From: Bacteroidales bacterium
Lineage (GTDB): Bacteria; Bacteroidota; Bacteroidia; Bacteroidales; JAADGE01
Length of the DNA stretch: 64,000 nucleotides
Assembly: GCA_021648725.1 (NCBI GenBank)
Contig: JAKISF010000005.1
Location: 12,375-76,374, forward strand
Reading direction: 5' to 3'
Below the pieces are notes generated by a model that worked only from the letters and a program-made list of their open reading frames with translations, made no database searches and was not told the DNA's origin. Positions 26,039-34,796 of this stretch are shown one piece after another (positions within the stretch are counted from its first letter, which is position 1; each line of letters begins with the position of its first letter). The translations under genes were made by a program, and so were the position numbers.

Positions 26039-27649
26039 ATGAAAAAAATTTTATTATTAATCGCACCCGCACTTTTTATTCTGAGTTCTTGTACAACAAC
26101 TCGAGTAGTGCATTATTATGATGATGCGTACCCTTCTTCAAAAACAACAACAGTTGTTATCACAGATGATAATAACACAACTGTTGTAGAAAATAATAAT
26201 GATGAAGGAGTATATGACAACTATGCCGATGAAAATTCTGCCGAAAATAATGTTACTGTTTATACAGATGACAATCAGGGAGATGTTACATATGTTATAG
26301 ATAATGACGGAGATAGTGATGTTAATGTATATATAAGCAATGATTACCCTTCTTATTCTTCAAGAATCAGAAGATTTCACGGCAGCACATATATAATGTC
26401 AGACTATTATAACGATTATTATCGTTACGGAGGTTGGGATTCTTACTATTATCCGAGCTATTATTCATACTACAACTACTATTCTCCATACAGCTACTGG
26501 AACTATAGTTATTACAGACCATACTATTACGGTTCGTGGGGACGGTACGGATACAGTGGTTACGGAAGAGGATATAATCACGGATATAATCACGGATATC
26601 GAAATGGTTATTATGACGGATATTACGGATACGGAAGTTCTTACGGATACGGAGGATACTATGGAAACTCTTACTCACAATCATACGGTTACAGCAACAA
26701 TAACTATGCTTACGGAAACAGACACAGAACATCTGTGAGAACAAATAACGGAACAAACAGAAACAGCGTAATAAGAAACAGCACGGTAGGGTCAAATCCT
26801 GATTATAACACAAGAACAAATGTGATAAGAAACAGTACAAATTCTAATACCGGAAACACAACAATAAGAAGATCGGACGGAAACAGAATAAATCCGGGAG
26901 TAACAAACACAGGAACCAATACTGTTAACAGAAATAACAGAAATACAACAAATTCAAATTTGAATAACAGAACCAATCCGGGAAACAGCACAATTAACAG
27001 AAATAGTAACAGAACTAATTCAAATTCAACAAACAACAGATATGATTCCGGAACAAATTCGAACAGAACAACTATAAACAGAAGTTCAAACAGTACAAGT
27101 AATTCTTATAACAGAAATACCGGAAACAGAACAGGTAATTCAACAATTAACAGAAGTTCCGGTAACAGCACAAATAACAGCTATAACAGAAATTCAAATT
27201 CAATAAGAAACAATAATACGAATTATAACAGAAACTCAAACACAAGAACAAATTCGAATATTAATTCAAGAAGTAATAATTATAACAGAAATAGTTCAAG
27301 TTATAACAGACCGAGTAACAGTTCTCGCTCAAGTTACAGCAGCAGTTCTAACAGAAGCAGTAACAGCTCTTATTCAAGACCGAGAAGCAGTAACAGTTCA
27401 AATTACAGCAGCCGAAGTTCCGGTAACAGTAACAGACCGAGTTATAACAGCGGAAGCAGCTCACGAAGTTCAGGAAGCAGCAACAGATCAAGTTATAACA
27501 GGGGGGGCAATAGTTCACGAAGTTCAGGAAGTTCAGGAAGCAGCAACCGGTCAAGTTACAGCAGCGGCAGCAGCTCTCGAAGTTCAGGCAGCAGTTCACG
27601 AAGTTCAGGCAGCAGCTCAAGAAGTTCTTCTTCAAGATCCGGAAGGTAA
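26039..27649 (+). CDS. Extreme low-complexity lipoprotein (acidic / Tyr-Gly-rich / Asn-Arg-Thr-rich / Ser-Arg-rich modules)
   Basis: 536 aa with a signal peptide and lipobox LSSC (Cys18). Four modules follow in order: a D/N/T/V-rich segment; a segment with about 43 Tyr in 112 residues by my count (SYGYGGYYGNSYSQSYGYS); N/R/T/S repeats (STINRSS, NSYNRN); and an S/R/G tail (SSRSSGSS repeated). The gene has its own SD and terminator. Confidence 0.7.
   Translation: MKKILLLIAPALFILSSCTTTRVVHYYDDAYPSSKTTTVVITDDNNTTVVENNNDEGVYDNYADENSAENNVTVYTDDNQGDVTYVIDNDGDSDVNVYISNDYPSYSSRIRRFHGSTYIMSDYYNDYYRYGGWDSYYYPSYYSYYNYYSPYSYWNYSYYRPYYYGSWGRYGYSGYGRGYNHGYNHGYRNGYYDGYYGYGSSYGYGGYYGNSYSQSYGYSNNNYAYGNRHRTSVRTNNGTNRNSVIRNSTVGSNPDYNTRTNVIRNSTNSNTGNTTIRRSDGNRINPGVTNTGTNTVNRNNRNTTNSNLNNRTNPGNSTINRNSNRTNSNSTNNRYDSGTNSNRTTINRSSNSTSNSYNRNTGNRTGNSTINRSSGNSTNNSYNRNSNSIRNNNTNYNRNSNTRTNSNINSRSNNYNRNSSSYNRPSNSSRSSYSSSSNRSSNSSYSRPRSSNSSNYSSRSSGNSNRPSYNSGSSSRSSGSSNRSSYNRGGNSSRSSGSSGSSNRSSYSSGSSSRSSGSSSRSSGSSSRSSSSRSGR
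27459..27625 (+). repeat. Degenerate in-frame tandem repeats encoding the SSRSSGSS tail, plus a G7 homopolymer at 27501-27507
   Basis: The 11-mer CGAAGTTCAGG occurs exactly at 27464, 27518, 27578 and 27599. GGGGGGG at 27501-27507 encodes R-G-G. Confidence 0.7.
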
Positions 27650-27663
27650 TAAAAATCATAATA

Positions 27664-27697
27664 GTGTCAAGTCGATATCGGCTTGATACTGTTTTCT
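27664..27697 (+). terminator. Rho-independent terminator after the low-complexity lipoprotein gene
   Basis: GTGTCAAGTCG pairs with CGGCTTGATAC (two G-U pairs), followed by TGTTTTCTT. Confidence 0.5.
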
Positions 27698-27767
27698 TAA
27701 AAGTATTGACACAAAATCAATATTAATAGGAAAACTATACCAACTAAAACCTTATAAAAGAAACATT

Positions 27768-29327
27768 ATGTATAAAAAAACAATAATAACGATATCTGTT
27801 TTTATCTTTGCTATGATTACGGTTTTTTCTCAAAATCATATTGAAGCTCTGAGATACAGTCAACAATTTTATTCAAGTACGGCAAAATCCGAAGCTATGG
27901 GAAATGCCTTATCGGCAGTAGGTGCAGATTTTTCGTCATTAATGATAAACCCTGCCGGAATTGCCGTATTTAACTCAAGACAAGTTGCATTTACACCCAA
28001 TTTTATTGTAAGCAACACAAAAGCAACACTTTCAGATAACACTATAAATGACGGAAAAATAGGTTTTAATTTTTCAAATATTGCCTATGTTAATACAATT
28101 AAAACCAACGGAATAATAAAATCATTCAGTTTAGGTATGGCATATAACAGTTTTAACGATTTCAGAAATAAAACTTATGTTTCGGCAGATAATCAAAACG
28201 GTTCAATATTAGATTTCATGATTTATAACGAAAATAATGACAGAGCAAGTATTTTCAGAGAAGATTTAGCATGGAATACATGGCTGTACAATCAAGATTT
28301 AACCACCGGAGAATATTGGAGTTTTTTAACAGATGACGGAACATACGGACTTACTCAAACTAAAGAAATAAGAACAAGCGGAGGTGTAGGAGAATTTAGT
28401 TTTACTTTAGGGACAAATATTAATGATGTTTTATATCTCGGAGGTACAATAGGTTTTACTTCAGTAAATTATAAATATAAATCTACTTATACCGAAACAA
28501 ACTTCCCTGCGATTAATGCAGAAATTATCGAAAGTCCGGGAGACAGCACCTTAGTAAACCCTAACAGAATTGAATTTAATGAAACGCTTTATACCGAGGG
28601 CAGCGGAATTAATGCTAAATTCGGAATGATCTTTCAGCCTGTAAAGTTTTTAAGAATAGGCGGTGCAGTTCATACTTCAACATTATATGATTTTACCGAT
28701 GAATACTTTACGTCTATGGATGTAAGATATCCTGTTGCTGATGCAGACGGTAATTCTGAATATAATTCTGAATCTGATGACAATATTTTTGAATGGAGAT
28801 TAAAAACTCCATTCAGAGCAAATGCAGGAGTTGCTTTTATTTTAGATTCGTATAAGATAGGAAAGTTTTTTACTGTCCCTATGATATTAAGTCTTGATTA
28901 TGAGTATGTTGATTATTCTTCAGCCGAATTAAGAAATTCATATTTCGATGATTCCGGTAACGATTTCGGTACTGCAAATAACAGAATAGGAAACATCTAT
29001 AAAGAAACACATAACATAAGAGCAGGTGCAGAATTTAACTTCGGATTTATGAAAGTAAGAGGAGGTTATGCACTTTATTCAAGTCCTTATTCAGCCGATG
29101 AAGGTTTTAGTAATGCAAAATCGGTTTATTCGGGAGGCTTAGGGTTTGCATCAGAGCATTCTTATATTGATTTTTCATACTCGTTTTTACCGACAACAGA
29201 AAAATTAAATTTATATAATGCAACTGATATTTTTCCTGATAATCCAATCGGAAACATAACAGAGCCGCAAGCAATTGCAGAAAACAAAAAACAATTTTTT
29301 AAAGTTACTTTCGGCTTTCGGTTTTAA
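27768..29327 (+). CDS. Outer-membrane beta-barrel protein, FadL/TodX/PorV-like
   Basis: 519 aa with a signal peptide. The N-terminal EALRYSQQ...SEAMGNALSAVGADFSSLMINPAGIA resembles the FadL/PorV-family opening motif (A-x-GMG-x-A...NPA). The protein ends in TFGFRF. Confidence 0.55.
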   Translation: MYKKTIITISVFIFAMITVFSQNHIEALRYSQQFYSSTAKSEAMGNALSAVGADFSSLMINPAGIAVFNSRQVAFTPNFIVSNTKATLSDNTINDGKIGFNFSNIAYVNTIKTNGIIKSFSLGMAYNSFNDFRNKTYVSADNQNGSILDFMIYNENNDRASIFREDLAWNTWLYNQDLTTGEYWSFLTDDGTYGLTQTKEIRTSGGVGEFSFTLGTNINDVLYLGGTIGFTSVNYKYKSTYTETNFPAINAEIIESPGDSTLVNPNRIEFNETLYTEGSGINAKFGMIFQPVKFLRIGGAVHTSTLYDFTDEYFTSMDVRYPVADADGNSEYNSESDDNIFEWRLKTPFRANAGVAFILDSYKIGKFFTVPMILSLDYEYVDYSSAELRNSYFDDSGNDFGTANNRIGNIYKETHNIRAGAEFNFGFMKVRGGYALYSSPYSADEGFSNAKSVYSGGLGFASEHSYIDFSYSFLPTTEKLNLYNATDIFPDNPIGNITEPQAIAENKKQFFKVTFGFRF

Positions 29328-29386
29328 TATATTAAATTTCCTCAATATAATAATTCAAAAATGCAGCTTTAATAAACTGCGTTTTT

Positions 29387-31018
29387 TTATGTTCTTATCA
29401 CTCCTGTTTTATAATCTTCCGAAATTGGATTGTGAGATGCGGCTTCAATACCCATTGAAATTATTTTTCTTGTTTCCGTAGGCTCAATCACGGCATCAAC
29501 CCATAAACGGCTTGCTGCATAATAAGGACTTGTTTGTTTATTGTACCTTTCAGTAATTTCAGATAATAATTCTTCCTGCTCTTTTTCTGAAATTTTTTCC
29601 CCTTTTCCTTTTAATGAAGCAATTTGTATTTGCAGTAAAGTTTTTGCGGCACTTGCACCGCTCATTACTGCTAATCTTGCAGAAGGCCAAGCAACAATTA
29701 GCCTGGGGTCGTATGCTTTTCCGTTCATTGCATAATTGCCGGCACCGTATGAATTTCCTATTATTATCGTGAATTTAGGAACAACAGAGTTTGCAACTGC
29801 ATTTACCATTTTTGCACCGTCTTTTATAATTCCGCCGTGTTCCGAACGTTTTCCTACCATAAAGCCTGTTACGTCATGTAAAAAAACTATAGGTATTTTT
29901 TTTTGATTGCAGTTCATTACAAAATGAGCACCTTTATCAGCAGAGTCAGAATAAATTACACCGCCGAATTGCATTTCTCCGGATTTGCTTTTTATAATTG
30001 TTCTTTGATTTGCAACTATTCCGACAGGCCAGCCCTCAATTTCGGCATAACCGCAAAGTAATGTTTTCCCGTAGTCTTTTTTATATTCTTCAAACTCTGA
30101 ATTATCAACCAAACGCTCAATAATTTCTCTCATATCGTATTGCTTCTCTCTGTTATCAGGAAGAATGCCGTATATTTCTTTTGGGTCTTTTTTCGGTTCA
30201 ATGTTTTTCTTTCTATTTAAACAGTATTTTCTTTCGCTGTTACAAGTTTTATCAATTAAACTTTTTATTTTATCAAGTGCATCTTTATCATTATCTGCTT
30301 TATAATCTACAACACCTGATATTTCTGTATGTGTAATTGCTCCGCCGAGCGTTTCGTTATCAACATTTTCACCTATTGCAGATTTTACAAGGTATGAACC
30401 TGCAAGAAAAATTGTTCCGGTATCTTTCACAATAATTGCTTCATCGGACATAACGGGAAGATATGCACCGCCGGCAACACAATTTCCCATAACGGCAGCA
30501 ATTTGTATAATTCCCATAGCCGACATTTTTGCATTATTTCTGAAAATTCGCCCGAAATGCTCTTTGTCGGGGAAAATTTCATCTTGCATCGGTAAAAACA
30601 CCCCTGCACTGTCAACTAAATATATAATTGGGATATGATTTTCCATTGCAATTTCTTGAGCACGTAAGTTCTTTTTTGCGGTTATCGGAAACCAGGCACC
30701 GGCTTTTACCGTAGCGTCATTTGCAACAATTACACACATTCGTTCTTTAATGTAGCCGATTACAACAACTACGCCTGCTGACGGGCAACCTCCGTATTCT
30801 TTATACATGCCTTCTCCGGCAAATGCTCCTATTTCAATTGTTCTGCTGTTTTTGTCAATAAGATAATTAATTCGTTCTCGGGCAGTCATTTTACCTTTTG
30901 AATGCAGTTTTTCAATCTTTTTTTTACCTCCTCCGAGAAAAACATCAGTTAATCGTTGTTTTAAATCAGAAACGGCTAATTTATTAAAATCTTCGTTTTT
31001 ATTAAATTCTATATTCAT
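29387..31018 (-). CDS. Acyl-CoA carboxylase carboxyltransferase (beta) subunit, methylcrotonyl/propionyl-CoA carboxylase-like
   Basis: 543 aa with two crotonase-like halves. Typical segments include AGAWFPITAKK, DSAGVFLPMQDE, FLHDVTGFMVG and IIGNSYGAGNYAM. Confidence 0.85.
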   Translation of the reverse strand: MNIEFNKNEDFNKLAVSDLKQRLTDVFLGGGKKKIEKLHSKGKMTARERINYLIDKNSRTIEIGAFAGEGMYKEYGGCPSAGVVVVIGYIKERMCVIVANDATVKAGAWFPITAKKNLRAQEIAMENHIPIIYLVDSAGVFLPMQDEIFPDKEHFGRIFRNNAKMSAMGIIQIAAVMGNCVAGGAYLPVMSDEAIIVKDTGTIFLAGSYLVKSAIGENVDNETLGGAITHTEISGVVDYKADNDKDALDKIKSLIDKTCNSERKYCLNRKKNIEPKKDPKEIYGILPDNREKQYDMREIIERLVDNSEFEEYKKDYGKTLLCGYAEIEGWPVGIVANQRTIIKSKSGEMQFGGVIYSDSADKGAHFVMNCNQKKIPIVFLHDVTGFMVGKRSEHGGIIKDGAKMVNAVANSVVPKFTIIIGNSYGAGNYAMNGKAYDPRLIVAWPSARLAVMSGASAAKTLLQIQIASLKGKGEKISEKEQEELLSEITERYNKQTSPYYAASRLWVDAVIEPTETRKIISMGIEAASHNPISEDYKTGVIRT

Positions 31019-31097
31019 CGTAATTATTGAGATATTTAAGCTATAAAAGTAATGAAAAATTGTTTGTTTAACGAATGTTTATTTGCCGGTTTCAGGA

Positions 31098-32150
31098 TTA
31101 TGATTGGTCATGTTTTTTTTTCTGAATACTGATTATCTTTTTTATAGCAAATTCTTTACAGTGCATTCCGTCATAAAATCCGTCTTTTTTAATATGCAAA
31201 ATCGACGGATTAAAAGAACCGAATAATGTTATTTTATTTTCTGCGGCATATTTACGAATTTTGTTTTCCGTTTCTGTTACTTTCGGATAGGATTCTTTGA
31301 CTTTTTTATAAACCAACGGATGATATGGTGTCAGAAAAAAGTTTAGTTCAATATTGTTTTTTAGAATATCTTTACATAACAGATTAAAATTACTCCATAT
31401 TTCACCTGAAATATTATTGAAGTTTTCGATAGAATATATGTTGCCCGAGATAAACTTTTTTACTTTGTTTTCAATTTCAACGGAAGAAGCTTCTCTATAG
31501 TCTTTTCCGTAAACTAATGAACCGTCAGTCAGTTTAGTATTTGTATCGTTTAATTCATTATTTGTTGCAACAGGGGCAGATTTACCTCTGATTATATTCG
31601 GCAAGTTTCTGAATGATGCCTGAAAGTATGAAAAAGAGAATAGTTGAGATAAACGATTGTCAATTAGCTGATTGTCTTTGTAACCGGTAAAGCTGTAAAA
31701 TTCTTTTTTTAACGAAAGCCATCGTTTTTGACCATTGTTTGCATTTAACAACCAAGGGTCAATTCCGATTATTATTCTGTCGGGGAGTACTTCTTGAGTT
31801 TTGTACATTTGATAGATTGCAATAATATCTTCAATGCTTGCACCGGTTACACTGTTGTTAATAACAACTTTATTCGGAAAAAGTTTACTGTTCAGTAACA
31901 TTGTTCTGCTTGAACCTATTATTACAATGTCGGGTTTATAATGTATGTTATTTATTATTTCTTTTTGAAGAATTCGGTCATCATAATTTGAAATATTTGT
32001 AGCATTCATTCCTTCGGAAAGAATTGAAGCAATTTTTTTTTCGTAATTTCCGTGAAATAACATTGCACCGTCACCCCAATAATTAACAGACGTTAGAATA
32101 ACAAGAATTATTAAAGATGATATTGATGTTTTAATAATAAACTTTTTCAT
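31098..32150 (-). CDS. Membrane-anchored DltD/AlgJ-like (SGNH-like) partner of the upstream MBOAT
   Basis: The track ORF runs to 32183, but the ATG at 32150-32148 (MKKFIIK...) sits 1 nt after the MBOAT stop and is the likelier start. The protein has an N-terminal TM helix and IVIIGSSRTM, a GDS-like block. Confidence 0.45.
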   Translation of the reverse strand: MKKFIIKTSISSLIILVILTSVNYWGDGAMLFHGNYEKKIASILSEGMNATNISNYDDRILQKEIINNIHYKPDIVIIGSSRTMLLNSKLFPNKVVINNSVTGASIEDIIAIYQMYKTQEVLPDRIIIGIDPWLLNANNGQKRWLSLKKEFYSFTGYKDNQLIDNRLSQLFSFSYFQASFRNLPNIIRGKSAPVATNNELNDTNTKLTDGSLVYGKDYREASSVEIENKVKKFISGNIYSIENFNNISGEIWSNFNLLCKDILKNNIELNFFLTPYHPLVYKKVKESYPKVTETENKIRKYAAENKITLFGSFNPSILHIKKDGFYDGMHCKEFAIKKIISIQKKKHDQS

Positions 32151-32151
32151 G

Positions 32152-33603
32152 TTAAAATTGGAAATAAATAAATTGATTTTCATTAAAATTACCCATTATC
32201 ATAATTATTAAAATTATACTGAAATAGAATGAATACCTTATATATTTGTTCTTAATGCCGGAAATATTTGCAAGGGCATATTGTTCTTTACGCCCAATCC
32301 ACTCAACAAACATAAATGCGAAAATTAAAATAAGTGTATATAAAGCTAATTTAAGATTATAGAAATTAGGGATAGTTAAAGTTGATTTTGAAAAAATTGT
32401 TGATAAGTAACTTAAAGCATGGTCAATACTTTTTGCTCTGAAAAATATCCAAGCCAAAACTGTTAAGCCAAAAGTTGTTCCCATTTGAAGGAGTTCTTTT
32501 ATATTCGGTAAATATCGATTTTGTGCAACGGTATCTGTATTTTTTCTGTTTTTGTTCAGCAAAAGCAAAGGCAAAAAATATAAGGCATTTAATGTTCCCC
32601 AAACAATAAAAGTCCAATTTGCACCGTGCCAGAATCCGCTTACGATAAAAATAATGAATGTATTTTTGATTTTCATCCAAATTCCGCCGCGGCTACCGCC
32701 TAACGGAATATATAAGTAATCTCGAAACCAAGTTGATAATGAAATATGCCACCGCCTCCAAAATTCTGCAATGTCTCTTGAGAAATAAGGAAATGCAAAG
32801 TTTTGTTTAAGGTTAAAACCGAACAGTCTTGCTGTTCCTATTGCAATATCTGAGTAACCGGAGAAATCTCCGTATATTTGGAATGTGAAAAATAAAGCAC
32901 CTACAATTAGTGTACTTCCGGAATAATCTGCTGAATTATTAAATATTTCATTGGCTATTTGTGCCGAGTTATCAGCAATTACAATTTTTTTAAATAAGCC
33001 CCACAAAATTTGCCTTAGTCCGTCAACAGCCTTGTTATATTCAAATTTTCTTTTTTTATAGAATTGAGGCAGTAAGTTTGTTGCTCTTTCAATAGGTCCT
33101 GCGACTAATTGAGGAAAGAAACTGACAAATGCGGCAAATGCAATGAAATCTTTTGTCGGTTCAAGTTTTCTTTTATAAACATCTATAGTATAACTAAGGG
33201 TTTGAAATGTATAAAAACTAATTCCGACAGGTAGTATAATATTCAATCCTTGCGGATTAACAGGATGCCCAAAGAAACTAAATGCTGTTACAAAATTTTC
33301 TAAGAAGAAATTATAATATTTGAAAAATCCAAGAAACCCGAGATTAGCTAATAAACTTATCCAAAGTAATATTTTTCTTTTTGGTTGGTTATTTTCTTTC
33401 GATAGTTTAAGTCCAATTGTGTAATCAATCAATGTGCTGAATAATATTAATGATAAGAATCTCCAATCCCACCAACCATAAAAAATGTAACTTGCAACAA
33501 CTATGAGAAAGTTTTGAAATTTTAAGTTTTTATTAGTTATAAACCAGTACAGAAAAAATACAATCGGTAAAAATATTGCAAAATCTATTGAGTTAAAAAG
33601 CAT
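32152..33603 (-). CDS. MBOAT-family membrane-bound O-acyltransferase (AlgI/DltB/PatA-like)
   Basis: 483-aa polytopic ORF with FWRRWHISLSTWFRDYLYIPLGGSR and GFWHGANW, the conserved His-containing MBOAT blocks. It is a paralogue of 52694..54133. Confidence 0.85.
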   Translation of the reverse strand: MLFNSIDFAIFLPIVFFLYWFITNKNLKFQNFLIVVASYIFYGWWDWRFLSLILFSTLIDYTIGLKLSKENNQPKRKILLWISLLANLGFLGFFKYYNFFLENFVTAFSFFGHPVNPQGLNIILPVGISFYTFQTLSYTIDVYKRKLEPTKDFIAFAAFVSFFPQLVAGPIERATNLLPQFYKKRKFEYNKAVDGLRQILWGLFKKIVIADNSAQIANEIFNNSADYSGSTLIVGALFFTFQIYGDFSGYSDIAIGTARLFGFNLKQNFAFPYFSRDIAEFWRRWHISLSTWFRDYLYIPLGGSRGGIWMKIKNTFIIFIVSGFWHGANWTFIVWGTLNALYFLPLLLLNKNRKNTDTVAQNRYLPNIKELLQMGTTFGLTVLAWIFFRAKSIDHALSYLSTIFSKSTLTIPNFYNLKLALYTLILIFAFMFVEWIGRKEQYALANISGIKNKYIRYSFYFSIILIIMIMGNFNENQFIYFQF

Positions 33604-33945
33604 TGACTGTTATATTCTTTTATTGTTAGCTAATTTTGTTTTCTTGTACGAAGTATAGTGACAGTATAAAATTTTGTCCAAATTTAATTAATAATTTTAA
33701 CTTAGACTGTTGTCTTAATTTTTTTCGGGAATTACATTAGTTATATCTGATTTATTTAAGTACCTTTGTAGTGGATTAAAAATCTTTTGATTTCAATCAT
33801 GTACTATCATTTTTGTTGATGTGCTTTTTTAAGCAATCTTTCATCACATTTGCAGACTTCATACTTATAGTTGAGTTATCAGTAACCAGTCCCGTCAAAG
33901 TACTAACTTTTAGTGCACCTAAGTGCTTATAGTCGAGCGTTTTCG

Positions 33946-33957
33946 TTTTTTTTTTTT
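33946..33957 (+). repeat. Poly-T tract (12 T) just upstream of the nucleotidyltransferase gene
   Basis: A counted run of 12 T ends 22 nt before the ATG at 33980. Confidence 0.8.
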
Positions 33958-33979
33958 GATGACACCAATTGAATAAAGT

Positions 33980-34777
33980 ATGAATATTAATTCAGACAAT
34001 TATTATGGTAACAATCGTATTTCTACAGCATTACTTCTTGCGGCAGGTACAGGCAGTCGTCTTTTCCCTTTAACAAAAAATTCTCCCAAATGCCTAACCC
34101 TTGTAAATGAAAAGTCAATTCTTGAGCGACTTATCAGTAACTTGAAAAAACAAGGATTTAAACGTCTTGTAGTTGTTACCGGCTATAAAAGTAAATGTAT
34201 TACGGATATTTTGGGTAATCATTCAGGTGGCTTAAGTATTGAGTACATTCATAGTCCCTTATACCGCACAACTAACAATATATATTCGCTTTGGATGGCA
34301 CGCAATATTATTAATGAGCCTTTTGTACTGCTTGAAAGTGATTTGGTTTTAAATACCTCCCTGCTTGATGAAATGGTTTTGCCCGGTAAAATAGCCGTAG
34401 CAAAAATGCAACCTTGGTTAGACGGAACCACGGTTTCTCTTAATAAACAAAATCAGGTAACTAAGTTCCATAAAGGCACAACAGATACATATACTGATAT
34501 TCGTTATAAAACAGTTAATATTTACAGCTTCTCGCTTTCATCGTGGCGGGCAATTGTTATGAAGCTAAACCAATATATTTCTGAGGGTAGTGTTAATTGT
34601 TACTACGAAACCGTTTTTACTGAAATGGTTGCCGATAAAAGCCTGTTGTTTGAATCGGTTTTGTTCGACCAAAAACCGTGGTACGAGATTGATACTATAA
34701 ATGATTTAGCTGAAGCAGAAAAACTTTTTCCGGTAGAATTAAAAACACGGGTTAAGTTAGAAAAGACTTATGCATAG
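33980..34777 (+). CDS. LicC-like nucleotidyltransferase (phospho-alcohol cytidylyltransferase type)
   Basis: 265 aa with LLLAAGTGSRLFPLT (NTP-transferase P-loop-like motif) and TTNNIYSLWMA...LLESDLV, as in phosphocholine cytidylyltransferase-type enzymes. Local GC is clearly above the flanks. Confidence 0.65.
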   Translation: MNINSDNYYGNNRISTALLLAAGTGSRLFPLTKNSPKCLTLVNEKSILERLISNLKKQGFKRLVVVTGYKSKCITDILGNHSGGLSIEYIHSPLYRTTNNIYSLWMARNIINEPFVLLESDLVLNTSLLDEMVLPGKIAVAKMQPWLDGTTVSLNKQNQVTKFHKGTTDTYTDIRYKTVNIYSFSLSSWRAIVMKLNQYISEGSVNCYYETVFTEMVADKSLLFESVLFDQKPWYEIDTINDLAEAEKLFPVELKTRVKLEKTYA

Positions 34778-34796
34778 TGTTTCAAATTAATATATT

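Noticed and set aside
26367-27659. Several antisense or alternative-frame ORFs over the low-complexity gene (26367..26840 -, 26556..26738 +, 26803..27036 -, 27348..27659 -)
   Set aside because: Repetitive codon content keeps multiple frames open. Only the 26039..27649 frame has a signal peptide with lipobox, an SD, a start and a terminator.
29387-31018. Carboxyltransferase as part of an unusual split carboxylase system
   Set aside because: Biotin carboxylase and BCCP subunits are commonly encoded elsewhere in the genome. Nothing in the sequence itself is atypical.
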